A DNA stretch of 64,000 nucleotides, from NCBI GenBank assembly GCA_900314865.1, contig OMWW01000007.1, forward strand, positions 9,917 to 73,916. The letters are read 5' to 3'. The DNA comes from an uncultured Erysipelotrichaceae bacterium. Its GTDB lineage: Bacteria; Bacillota_I; Bacilli_A; RFN20; CAG-826. This document shows positions 7,050 to 16,075 of this stretch, in pieces (position 1 is the first letter of the stretch; each line of letters opens with the position of its first letter). The translations under genes and the position numbers were made by a program. Below the pieces are notes generated by a model that did no database searches, was not told the DNA's origin, and saw nothing but the letters and a program-made list of their open reading frames with translations.

Positions 7050-7688
7050 ATGAATCTTCCAACAAAAATTACATTCTCAAGAATCATTGCAACAGTCTTA
7101 TTGATTATTGCCTTATTTGTGCTATCGCTTCTAGGCGATATTCAAACCCCATTGCTTGGTAACACTAGAATTAACCTTATCTTCTTGATTATTTTTGTCT
7201 TCTTTGTGGTTGCAAGTTATACAGACCATTTAGACGGCAAACTCGCAAGAAAGAATAATCAAGTTACTGATTTAGGAAAATTCTTAGATCCTGTTGCGGA
7301 TAAATTATTAATTAGCACAATGCTTATCTTCTTAGCGTGTACTGGTGTTTTTAAGAACTATAACCATGAACAAACCGCCTTTATTCCTGTATGGTGTGTT
7401 ATCATCATGGTCGCTAGAGATACAGTAGTTGACGCTTTAAGATTTATTGGCGCTCAAAAAGGTGTAGTTATCGCTGCTAATATTTTTGGAAAATTAAAGA
7501 CCGTCTTACAAATGGTGGCCATCGGAGCTGTTTTACTTAACGACTTCCCATTCCACTATATGTATCCAAATAACGTAAATCCATATCTCACTGTGACTGC
7601 TTTCTTAGTTTACGCTGCAACATTTGTCTCCTTCATGAGTGGTGTCATTTACGTTTGGCAAAATAGAAAAGTATTAACAAAGAACTAA
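7050..7688 (+). CDS. pgsA: CDP-diacylglycerol--glycerol-3-phosphate 3-phosphatidyltransferase
   Basis: CDP-alcohol phosphatidyltransferase motif DHLDGKLAR...DPVADKL. Multi-TM protein. Confidence 0.88.
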   Translation: MNLPTKITFSRIIATVLLIIALFVLSLLGDIQTPLLGNTRINLIFLIIFVFFVVASYTDHLDGKLARKNNQVTDLGKFLDPVADKLLISTMLIFLACTGVFKNYNHEQTAFIPVWCVIIMVARDTVVDALRFIGAQKGVVIAANIFGKLKTVLQMVAIGAVLLNDFPFHYMYPNNVNPYLTVTAFLVYAATFVSFMSGVIYVWQNRKVLTKN

Positions 7689-7689
7689 T

Positions 7690-8160
7690 ATGACAAGTTT
7701 AGATATCAACAAATTATTTAGAGAAAAAGGAAGAACTCTTGGTTCGGTAGAGTCTTTTACTGGTGGCGCTTTTGCTAAAGATATTACCTCAGTAAGTGGT
7801 GCTTCCCATTTCTTTAAAGGTGCGATTGTTACTTACGCAACTGAAGAGAAAGCAAGACTATTAGGAATTCCATATTCTATCATTGATGAATATGGTGTGG
7901 TCTCTCAAGAAGTTGCTGGTGAAATGGCAAGTCGTGCGAAATGTTTACTTAATGTTGATTACTGTGTTTCTTTTACAGGTAACGCTGGTCCTACTGCTAT
8001 GGAAAATAAACCAGTAGGAGAAATATATATTGGAGTGGCTTTCTATGATAAGTGCCAAGTGTTCTCTTATCAATTAGAAGGAACTCGTGAAGAGATTCAA
8101 AACAAGGCTATTAAAGAAGCCTATGATTTATTAGAAAAATTAATTAATAGCAACAATTAA
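7690..8160 (+). CDS. cinA: CinA C-terminal domain protein / nicotinamide-nucleotide amidohydrolase PncC
   Basis: [12 protein letters not shown]...[11 protein letters not shown] motif. pgsA-cinA-recA synteny. Confidence 0.85.
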   Translation: MTSLDINKLFREKGRTLGSVESFTGGAFAKDITSVSGASHFFKGAIVTYATEEKARLLGIPYSIIDEYGVVSQEVAGEMASRAKCLLNVDYCVSFTGNAGPTAMENKPVGEIYIGVAFYDKCQVFSYQLEGTREEIQNKAIKEAYDLLEKLINSNN

Positions 8161-8185
8161 TCCCCAAAAACAAAGAGGAAAAGTT

Positions 8186-9184
8186 ATGGAAAAAAAGAAA
8201 AATTTAGATTCAAAAGAGCTTGATGCAGTTTTGAGTGAAATTCAAAAAACCTTTGGTAAAGGTTCTGTCATGCTTCTTGGTGATCGACCAAAAGTTGAAG
8301 TATCCGTCATTCCATCAGGATCAATTCTTTTGGACGAGGCATTAGGTGTTGGTGGTTATCCAAAAGGTAGAATTATTGAAATTTTTGGTCCTGAAAGTAG
8401 TGGCAAAACCACTTTAGCGCTTCATGCGATTGCGGAATGCCAAAAACAAGGTGGACGCGCCGCATTTATCGATGCTGAACATGCGATTGATCCAACCTAC
8501 GCAAAAAACTTAGGTGTTAACATTGATGAGTTAATCTTATCACAACCAGACAGCGGTGAGCAGGCTCTTGAAATTGCTGAAATGCTCGCTAGTAGTGGCG
8601 CGATTAACCTTCTTATTGTCGATAGCGTTGCTGCTTTAGTCCCTCAAGCCGAACTAGATGGTGAAATGAGTGATAGCTCTGTTGGCTTACAAGCTCGTTT
8701 AATGAGTAAGGCAATGAGAAAACTTGCTGGTATCTTAAATAAAAATGAATGTGCGATTATCTTCATTAACCAACTTAGAGAAAAGGTTGGTGTGATGTAT
8801 GGAAATCCAGAAACCACTAGTGGTGGTAGAGCGCTTAAGTTCTACGCCTCTATTCGATTAGATATCAGAAGAACCGAAGCCATTAAAACTGGTGGAGATG
8901 TGACCGGTAATACTTGTCGTATCAAAGTTGTGAAAAACAAAGTTAGTCCACCATTCAGACAATGCGAAATTGATATCATCTATGGTGAAGGTATTTCTAA
9001 AGATGGTGAAATCCTTGACCGCGCTACTGAACTAGGAATTATTAAAAAGAGTGGCGCTTGGTATGAATACGATGGCAATAAAATTGCTCAAGGAAGAGAT
9101 AGCGCTAAGGAATATATCAAATCTAATCCTGAAGTTAGAGATGAACTATTAGCGAAAATCAAAGACGCAAAAAATAACAAATAA
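8186..9184 (+). CDS. recA: Recombinase RecA
   Basis: Walker [10 protein letters not shown] and canonical RecA sequence along its whole length. Confidence 0.98.
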   Translation: MEKKKNLDSKELDAVLSEIQKTFGKGSVMLLGDRPKVEVSVIPSGSILLDEALGVGGYPKGRIIEIFGPESSGKTTLALHAIAECQKQGGRAAFIDAEHAIDPTYAKNLGVNIDELILSQPDSGEQALEIAEMLASSGAINLLIVDSVAALVPQAELDGEMSDSSVGLQARLMSKAMRKLAGILNKNECAIIFINQLREKVGVMYGNPETTSGGRALKFYASIRLDIRRTEAIKTGGDVTGNTCRIKVVKNKVSPPFRQCEIDIIYGEGISKDGEILDRATELGIIKKSGAWYEYDGNKIAQGRDSAKEYIKSNPEVRDELLAKIKDAKNNK

Positions 9185-9195
9185 TAATAGAGAAT

Positions 9196-9217
9196 GGAAC
9201 GCTAGTCGTTCCTTTTT
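9196..9217 (+). terminator. Intrinsic terminator after recA
   Basis: GGAACG/CGTTCC stem followed by T5. Confidence 0.7.
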
Positions 9218-9423
9218 CTATAAATATCTTTTCTTAAAAGAAAATATCAAATATAATAATTTCGTGCTTTTCGAAGAAGCACTTACCTATAGATTCTCAT
9301 TAGAGAAATTAATTAATCAGGGAAACCTGTTACTTATACAAGAATCATACTTAATAATATTTTTAGGTTGAGTCTAGGTAAATAGTCTTTTGACTGTATA
9401 TTTATAATAGAAAGGAAACTTAT

Positions 9424-10986
9424 ATGAACCCATTTGTGGAATATGGTTTGCCAGTTATCATCGGTGTGGTCGCTTTTTTAGTTGGTGCCTTACTTGTTTA
9501 CTTCATTCCTTTTTTCAAAAAACAAAGAGATCAAAACAAAGCTAATAAGATTATTAGAGAAGCAGAAATCAAATCTGAACACATCATCAAAAACGCTCAA
9601 TTAGATGGTAAACAAACCATTAATGAAATGAAAAACGAAGCGGACAAAGAAATCAAAGAAAGAAAACTTGAAATTGCCGCTCAAGAAAACAAACTTCTTC
9701 AAAGAGAACAATCTATTGATCGTAGAGATACTGCTCTTATTCAAAAAGAAAACACTCTTGAAGAAAAGAACGATAACCTTAATCGTCGTTTAAAAGATGT
9801 TGATAAGAAAGAGAAACAACTCCAAGAAAAGATTGACTCTATTATTGTCGAACTTGAAAAGGTTGCTCAAATGTCTACTCAAGAAGCTAAAGATGAACTC
9901 TTCAAGAGAGTGGAATCTAAAGTCTCTATGGAAATTGCAGCCTATGTGAAAAACAAAGAAGAAGAGGCCAAAGAAAACGCGAACGCCAAAGGACAAGAAA
10001 TTCTTGCTCTTGCGATGGCGAAATGTGCTCAAGATACAACAATTGAAAAGACTGTTTCTGTTGTTGCTCTTCCTAACGACGAAATGAAAGGTCGTATTAT
10101 TGGTAGAGAAGGTAGAAACATTCGTACCTTAGAAACCATGTTAGGTGTTGATTTAATTATTGATGACACTCCTGAAGTTATTACTGTCAGCTGTTTCAAC
10201 CCTATTAGAAGAGAAATCGCTACTATGGCGTTAGAAGCCTTAATTAAAGATGGCCGTATTCAACCAGGTAGAATTGAAGAAATTGTTGAAAAATGTAAAT
10301 CTGAAGTTGAAGAAACAATTCATAAGACTGGTCAAGATGTTGCCTTTAAACTTGGATTACCAAGAATTAATCGCGAACTTTTAGACTATGTTGGAAGATT
10401 AAGATATCGTACATCTTACGGACAAAACGCTTTAGAACACTCTATCGAAGTCGCTTATCTTGCTGGAGCAATGGCGGCTGAACTTGGCTTAGATCAAAAC
10501 TTAGCTAAAAGAGCTGGTCTCTTACACGATATTGGTAAGAGCTGTGACTACGAAGTTGATGGCTCACACGTTGAAGTTGGTGCTAGACTTGCTAAAAAAT
10601 ATGGTGAAGGTGATGTTGTCATCAACTCCATCGAATCTCACCACGGGGATGTTCCTGCTAAATACGTTATTTCTCATCTTGTTCAAGCTGCAGATACATT
10701 AAGTGCGGCTAGACCTGGAGCAAGAAGCGAAATGCTTGAAAACTACATTCAAAGAATTGAAAAACTTGAAGAGATTTGTAAATCCTATGATGGAGTTTAT
10801 CAAAGCTATGCGATGCAATCTGGTCGTGAATTACGTGTTATGGTAATCCCTGACAAGATTGATGATCTTGGTGCGTTCAAATTAGCTAAAGAGATCAAAG
10901 AACGCATTGAAAATGAAATGACCTACCCAGGTCAAATTAAAGTCTCAGTTATTAGAGAATATAGAGCGATTGAGACTGCGAAGTAA
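9424..10986 (+). CDS. rny: Ribonuclease Y
   Basis: N-terminal TM helix, coiled coil, KH domain ([12 protein letters not shown]) and HD domain (GLLHDIGK). Confidence 0.95.
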   Translation: MNPFVEYGLPVIIGVVAFLVGALLVYFIPFFKKQRDQNKANKIIREAEIKSEHIIKNAQLDGKQTINEMKNEADKEIKERKLEIAAQENKLLQREQSIDRRDTALIQKENTLEEKNDNLNRRLKDVDKKEKQLQEKIDSIIVELEKVAQMSTQEAKDELFKRVESKVSMEIAAYVKNKEEEAKENANAKGQEILALAMAKCAQDTTIEKTVSVVALPNDEMKGRIIGREGRNIRTLETMLGVDLIIDDTPEVITVSCFNPIRREIATMALEALIKDGRIQPGRIEEIVEKCKSEVEETIHKTGQDVAFKLGLPRINRELLDYVGRLRYRTSYGQNALEHSIEVAYLAGAMAAELGLDQNLAKRAGLLHDIGKSCDYEVDGSHVEVGARLAKKYGEGDVVINSIESHHGDVPAKYVISHLVQAADTLSAARPGARSEMLENYIQRIEKLEEICKSYDGVYQSYAMQSGRELRVMVIPDKIDDLGAFKLAKEIKERIENEMTYPGQIKVSVIREYRAIETAK

Positions 10987-11009
10987 TTTACTTCTAGAAA
11001 AGAGTAATT

Positions 11010-11795
11010 TTGAAAATTTTATTTATTGGCGACATCGTTGGCCGCATTGGTCGACGTATGGTCAAAGAACATTTAAGTGAGCTTGTAGATAAATACAACA
11101 TTGATTTCGTTATTGCTAACGGAGAAAACGCAAGCCACGGTAAAGGCTTATTAAGACATCATTATTTCGAATTAATCGAAGCTGGTGTTGATGTGGTTAC
11201 TTTAGGTAATCACTATGATAGTAAAAAAGATATTAGAGGATATATTGATCGAGTTGATAGATTAATACGTCCTCTTAATCTTATTAACGATTATCCTGGT
11301 GAAGGTAGCGCAGTATTTGACGTTAATGGCATTTCTATTAGAGTCACTAATGTCTTAGGTTCTGCTTTCATGAAGGAAGAAGTTAATAACCCTTATTATT
11401 CTTTATTAGATTATTTAAGTAACGCTGAAGAAGAATGCAATATTCATATCGTTGACTTCCACGCAGAAGCTACAGGAGAAAAGATTTGTTTCGCTTATGC
11501 ATTAGATGGTAAAGTCAGTGCGGTTCTTGGTACACATACACATGTGCAAACAAGAGATTATCGCATTTTAGAAAATGGCACTGCCTTCATTAGCGACGTT
11601 GGTATGACTGGCTTATATGATGGCGCGTTAGGCTTTAATAAAGACACAGTGGTTAGCAAACTCATGTATGGGAATAACGTGAGATTTGATATTCCAGAAG
11701 ACGGAAAAGGTGTATTAAGTGCGTTAGTGCTTGATGTCAATGAAGTTACTGGAAAAACTGAAGACATATTCCCAATCTATATTATTGAAAAATGA
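11010..11795 (+). CDS. ymdB: YmdB-family metallophosphoesterase (2',3'-cyclic-nucleotide phosphodiesterase)
   Basis: TTG start. MKILFIGDIVGR, GENASHGKG and GNH motifs. rny-ymdB synteny. Confidence 0.88.
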   Translation: MKILFIGDIVGRIGRRMVKEHLSELVDKYNIDFVIANGENASHGKGLLRHHYFELIEAGVDVVTLGNHYDSKKDIRGYIDRVDRLIRPLNLINDYPGEGSAVFDVNGISIRVTNVLGSAFMKEEVNNPYYSLLDYLSNAEEECNIHIVDFHAEATGEKICFAYALDGKVSAVLGTHTHVQTRDYRILENGTAFISDVGMTGLYDGALGFNKDTVVSKLMYGNNVRFDIPEDGKGVLSALVLDVNEVTGKTEDIFPIYIIEK

Positions 11796-13231
11796 AAACC
11801 AAAATAATTAACTATCCTGATTTAGTAAAAGCGCGTAATCGTGAAATTCACGATACAGTTTTTCTTGACGCTAAAACTAATCATCTTTCTGAGATGGAAG
11901 AAATTGGCAAAGGAAAGAATTATTACATTCACACTTATGGCTGTCAGGCTAATATTCGTGATGAAGAAACAATGAGAGGAATGCTTGAGGGTGTTAACTA
12001 TAAGAAAGTTGATGATCCTTCTAAAGCAGATGTCATTATTATTAATACATGTGCGGTAAGAGAAAACGCCGAAGACAAGGTCTATGGTGAAATCGGTAAC
12101 TTAAAAAAATACCGTAAAGCCAATAAGAAACTTGTTTTAGCAATTTGCGGTTGCATGGTGGAACAGCCAGAAATCTTAGATATTCTTCAAACTAAATTTC
12201 CAGAAGTAAACCTTTATTTTGGAACGCACGAAATTGATCAATTATTAGACTTAATTTATGAAGTATATACGAATGATTATAGGTTAATTTCTATTAAGTC
12301 AAAACAAGGTGAAGTTGTTGAGAATTTGCCTGCTAGTAGGAATAACGAATTTAAGGCTTTTGTGAATATCATTTATGGTTGCAATAAATTCTGCACTTAC
12401 TGTATTGTTCCTTACACAAGAGGAAAAGAAAGAAGTAGAAAATTTGCAGACATCATGGACGAGGTTCGTGAACTCAAAAAAGCGAACTATCAAGAGATCA
12501 CTTTCTTAGGACAAAATGTTAATGCTTATGGCAAGGATTTAGACGAAGGTCATGACTTTGCTGATATCCTTGAAGAGGCCGCTAAAATGGGCATCCCTAG
12601 AATACGCTTCACAACATCACATCCTTGGGATTTCTCCAGCAAAATGATAGAAATTATTGCGAAATACGATAATATCATGAAGTGTATTCACCTCCCAGTT
12701 CAATCTGGAAGTACTGAAGTTTTAAAGCTCATGGGAAGACGTTATTCAAGAGAGCAATATCTCGCCCTTGTTAATGAGATGAGAAGCAAAATTCCTGGAC
12801 TATCTTTGAGTACTGATATTATCGTTGGCTTTCCTAATGAAACCGAAGAACAATTCCAGGAAACTTTATCTCTTGTAGATATCGTTAAATATGAGAGCGC
12901 ATTCACCTTTATCTATTCTCCAAGAAGAGGTACACCTGCCGCTAAGATTGTGGATAATGTAAGCTATAGTGATAAGAGCAGAAGATTCAAGGAACTCGTT
13001 AAACATTTGGAGGTTAATATCGAGAAGGACGCAAATAGTTATATTGGTGGCGTCTATAAGGTCCTTGTTGATGGAGTTAGTAAGACCGACAAAGGAATGC
13101 TAAGCGGATATACTGAAAGCAATAAACTTGTTCACTTTAAAGGTGATGAAAGCTTAATTGGCAAGATTATTAAAGTTAAAATCAATGAAAGTCATACTTA
13201 TTCATTATTAGGAGAAATAGTGGATGAGTAA
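11792..13231 (+). CDS. miaB: tRNA-i6A37 methylthiotransferase MiaB (radical SAM)
   Basis: UPF0004 N-domain Cys residues, radical SAM CNKFCTYC motif and TRAM C-terminus. Confidence 0.9.
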   Translation: MKTKIINYPDLVKARNREIHDTVFLDAKTNHLSEMEEIGKGKNYYIHTYGCQANIRDEETMRGMLEGVNYKKVDDPSKADVIIINTCAVRENAEDKVYGEIGNLKKYRKANKKLVLAICGCMVEQPEILDILQTKFPEVNLYFGTHEIDQLLDLIYEVYTNDYRLISIKSKQGEVVENLPASRNNEFKAFVNIIYGCNKFCTYCIVPYTRGKERSRKFADIMDEVRELKKANYQEITFLGQNVNAYGKDLDEGHDFADILEEAAKMGIPRIRFTTSHPWDFSSKMIEIIAKYDNIMKCIHLPVQSGSTEVLKLMGRRYSREQYLALVNEMRSKIPGLSLSTDIIVGFPNETEEQFQETLSLVDIVKYESAFTFIYSPRRGTPAAKIVDNVSYSDKSRRFKELVKHLEVNIEKDANSYIGGVYKVLVDGVSKTDKGMLSGYTESNKLVHFKGDESLIGKIIKVKINESHTYSLLGEIVDE

Positions 13232-13499
13232 TGTAATTGAACTTACTGAAGAGTTAAAAAAAGAAATTGATGATTTACCTCTATTTATTGAATACAGAAG
13301 AATCAAGTCATTGGTGGATAACTCTAATGAACTAAGTGAACTTAAAAAAGATATTGCTAAAAACGTCAATAACAAAGAAAAACATAAAGAGCTATTGGAT
13401 AGGTACAATAACCACCCTCTAATCGTCAATTTAAAAGAATTAGAGAGCGAAGTAAGTGCTTATTTAAAAGAAATATGTGAAATTATAAATAAGAAGTGA
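13224..13499 (+). CDS. ymcA: YmcA/YlbF-family protein (short form)
   Basis: Helical 91-aa protein directly after miaB, as in B. subtilis ymcB-ymcA. Family assignment is tentative. Confidence 0.5.
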   Translation: MSNVIELTEELKKEIDDLPLFIEYRRIKSLVDNSNELSELKKDIAKNVNNKEKHKELLDRYNNHPLIVNLKELESEVSAYLKEICEIINKK

Positions 13500-13517
13500 T
13501 GAATTTCACTTCTTTTT
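13492..13517 (+). terminator. Intrinsic terminator after the ymcA-like gene
   Basis: AGAAGTGA/TCACTTCT 8-bp stem followed by T4. Confidence 0.65.
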
Positions 13518-13533
13518 GTTATATAGTTTTCTC

Positions 13534-14400
13534 ATGATTTATGTAATTATGGGTCCAACTTGTAGCGGTAAAACCGTCGCCGCTAATAAATTAATGGATA
13601 AGTTTAATTGTGACGCCATTAATTTTGATGCCTTCCAGATTTATAAAGAAATGGATATTGGAACTTCAAAACTTTCTAAGGAAGATCCTCATTATAGTCG
13701 ATATCATCTTCTTGATTATATTGAACCTAGCTCATCTTATTCTGTAATGGAATATCAATTAGAGGCTAGAAAAATATTAGATCAGCTTTTAAAAGATAAG
13801 AAAGATGTCGTAATGGTTGGTGGAACAGGTTTATATCTTAGAGCCACCTTATTTGACTATGAATTTTTAAAAGAAGAAGAATCCGATAACTCTGATTTGG
13901 AAAAACTGGATAATCATACTTTGTATGAAATACTAAAGAAGATGGATGAAGACGCTGCTAATAAGATTCACGAGAATAATCGTAAAAGAGTAATTCGTGC
14001 AATCTCTATGATTCGGAGTAGTGGTGTTACTAAATCTAGTCGTATTGACGCTCAAGAACATAAACCAATCTATAAAGATGTCCGTTTCTTATTCATCTCT
14101 CCAGATAGAGAAAAACTTTATAAACATATCGATGATCGCGTTATTGAAATGGTGAACAATGGTTTGGTGGATGAAGTTAAGAATTTAACTAGCAAATATG
14201 ACTTATCATTAACTGCTAAACAAGGTATTGGATATAAAGAAATAATCGACTTCCTACATGGGAATTGCTCATTGGAGGATGCTATTTCTTCCATACAGAA
14301 ACGTACAAGAAATTACGCAAAAAGACAAGTAACGTTCTTTAAAAATCAATTTGAAAGTGAAAGATATAATTCAGTTGAAGAACTGTTAAATTCAATTTAG
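13534..14400 (+). CDS. miaA: tRNA dimethylallyltransferase
   Basis: P-loop GPTCSGKT. The TTG at 13516 lies inside the terminator, so the ATG at 13534 is preferred. Confidence 0.88.
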   Translation: MIYVIMGPTCSGKTVAANKLMDKFNCDAINFDAFQIYKEMDIGTSKLSKEDPHYSRYHLLDYIEPSSSYSVMEYQLEARKILDQLLKDKKDVVMVGGTGLYLRATLFDYEFLKEEESDNSDLEKLDNHTLYEILKKMDEDAANKIHENNRKRVIRAISMIRSSGVTKSSRIDAQEHKPIYKDVRFLFISPDREKLYKHIDDRVIEMVNNGLVDEVKNLTSKYDLSLTAKQGIGYKEIIDFLHGNCSLEDAISSIQKRTRNYAKRQVTFFKNQFESERYNSVEELLNSI

Positions 14401-14411
14401 GGGGAAACTTT

Positions 14412-16019
14412 ATGCTTGATATTTATCAAATTGCAGAAAAAGCTAACATCAAAAAAGAATATGTCATTCCTTATGGATTAGACAAAGCTAAGATTGACCT
14501 TAGAATTAATGAAGAACTTAAAGACAAGCCAGATGGTAAGTTGGTTTTAGTTACTGCCATTACTCCAACTAAAGCCGGAGAAGGTAAGACTACGACATCT
14601 ATCGCATTACAAGATGGACTTAGAGAAATAGGTGTTAATTCTATGCTTTGTTTAAGAGAGCCTTCCTTAGGACCTGTTTTTGGTTTAAAGGGTGGTGCGA
14701 CCGGAGGCGGAAAGGCGAGCGTTATTCCAAGTGAAGATATAAATCTTCATTTTACTGGCGACATGCATGCTTTAACTAGCTCAATCAACTTAATTGCTGC
14801 TGTTATTGATAATCACATTTTTCAAGGAAACGAATTAAGGATTGATCCTGAAAGAATTTTATGGAAACGCGCTCTTGATATGAATGATAGAGCGTTAAGA
14901 AATGTGACAGTTAGTCAAGGTGAAAAGAAATGTGCCCCTAGAAAAGAGGAATTTGTAATTACTGTTGCTAGTGAAATGATGGCGGTTCTTTGCTTGGCAA
15001 AAAATCCTGAAGACTTTATTAATAGAGTTAAGAACATCATGGTTGCATATAACTTTGATGGTAATCCTGTCTATTTAAGAGAATTAAAGATTAGCAATGC
15101 GATTTATAAATTAATGAAGAATGCATTTAATCCTAACTTAGTTCAAACATTAGAAGGTAATCCATGCTTAATTCATGGCGGTCCTTTCGCGAATATCGCA
15201 CATGGATGTAATTCCTTGATAGCCACAAAGATGGCGCTTAAATTGGCCCCTATCGTGGTTACTGAGGCAGGGTTCGGTGCTGACCTTGGTGCTGAGAAGT
15301 TCTTAGATATTAAATGCCGTATTGGTGGATTAAAACCAAACGCAGTTGTTATGGTTGCCACTATTAGAGCGTTGAAACTTCATGGTGGAGTAGACTTTGA
15401 TGATTTAGCACTTGAAAATGTAGAAGCTTTAAAAGTCGGATTAGCAAATTTGAAGAGACATTTAGAAAATATCTCTAAATATGGAGTCCCTGTTGTAATT
15501 TGCATTAATCATTTTGAAAGTGATACCGAAAAAGAAACAGACGCACTTAAGGAATTCTGTGAAAAACATAATTACAAATATGCATTCTGCGATTCTTTCT
15601 CTAGAGGCGCTAAAGGTGGTGTTGCTTTAGCGAAAGAAGTTCTTAATACTTTAGAAAAAGAAGAATGCCATTATCGTCCTTTATATGATTTAAACTTACC
15701 TATTAAAGAAAAGATTGAAATCATTTGTAAAGAAATCTATCGCGCTAAAGAAGTCGTTTATTCTGATGATGCAGAAGAACAAATCAAGGCTTTCTCAAAT
15801 CTTGGATATGATAAGACCCCTATTTGTATTGCAAAGACTCCATTATCTTTCACAGATAATCCTAAAGTTTTAAATGCACCAGATGATTTTGTGGTCACCA
15901 TTAGAGAAGTTAGGCTATCTAGTGGAGCAGGATTTATTGTTCCATTAACAGGATCAATTATGACTATGCCTGGGCTTCCTAAAGTACCTGCCGCGGTTAA
16001 GATGGAAGAAGAAAAATAA
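14412..16019 (+). CDS. fhs: Formate--tetrahydrofolate ligase
   Basis: TPTKAGEGKTTT motif. 535 aa, FTHFS sequence throughout. Confidence 0.95.
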   Translation: MLDIYQIAEKANIKKEYVIPYGLDKAKIDLRINEELKDKPDGKLVLVTAITPTKAGEGKTTTSIALQDGLREIGVNSMLCLREPSLGPVFGLKGGATGGGKASVIPSEDINLHFTGDMHALTSSINLIAAVIDNHIFQGNELRIDPERILWKRALDMNDRALRNVTVSQGEKKCAPRKEEFVITVASEMMAVLCLAKNPEDFINRVKNIMVAYNFDGNPVYLRELKISNAIYKLMKNAFNPNLVQTLEGNPCLIHGGPFANIAHGCNSLIATKMALKLAPIVVTEAGFGADLGAEKFLDIKCRIGGLKPNAVVMVATIRALKLHGGVDFDDLALENVEALKVGLANLKRHLENISKYGVPVVICINHFESDTEKETDALKEFCEKHNYKYAFCDSFSRGAKGGVALAKEVLNTLEKEECHYRPLYDLNLPIKEKIEIICKEIYRAKEVVYSDDAEEQIKAFSNLGYDKTPICIAKTPLSFTDNPKVLNAPDDFVVTIREVRLSSGAGFIVPLTGSIMTMPGLPKVPAAVKMEEEK

Positions 16020-16025
16020 AATTTT

Positions 16026-16075
16026 TACTAAAAAAATCGAAAAAGTCCCCTCTTATATTTGTGAGGGGATTTTTT
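16026..16075 (+). terminator. fhs terminator; copy 2 of the ~47-nt repeat
   Basis: CCCCTC/GAGGGG stem (16047-16052/16063-16068) followed by T6. Near-identical to 5866-5912. Confidence 0.85.

Noticed and set aside
16061-16075. Upstream-extended ORF-track starts at 16061, 18097, 29158, 39040, 40041, 44350, 47410, 50421 and 50824.
   Set aside because: Each extension overlaps a terminator, a neighbouring gene or the gene's own SD. Downstream ATGs with properly spaced SDs align better with family N-termini.
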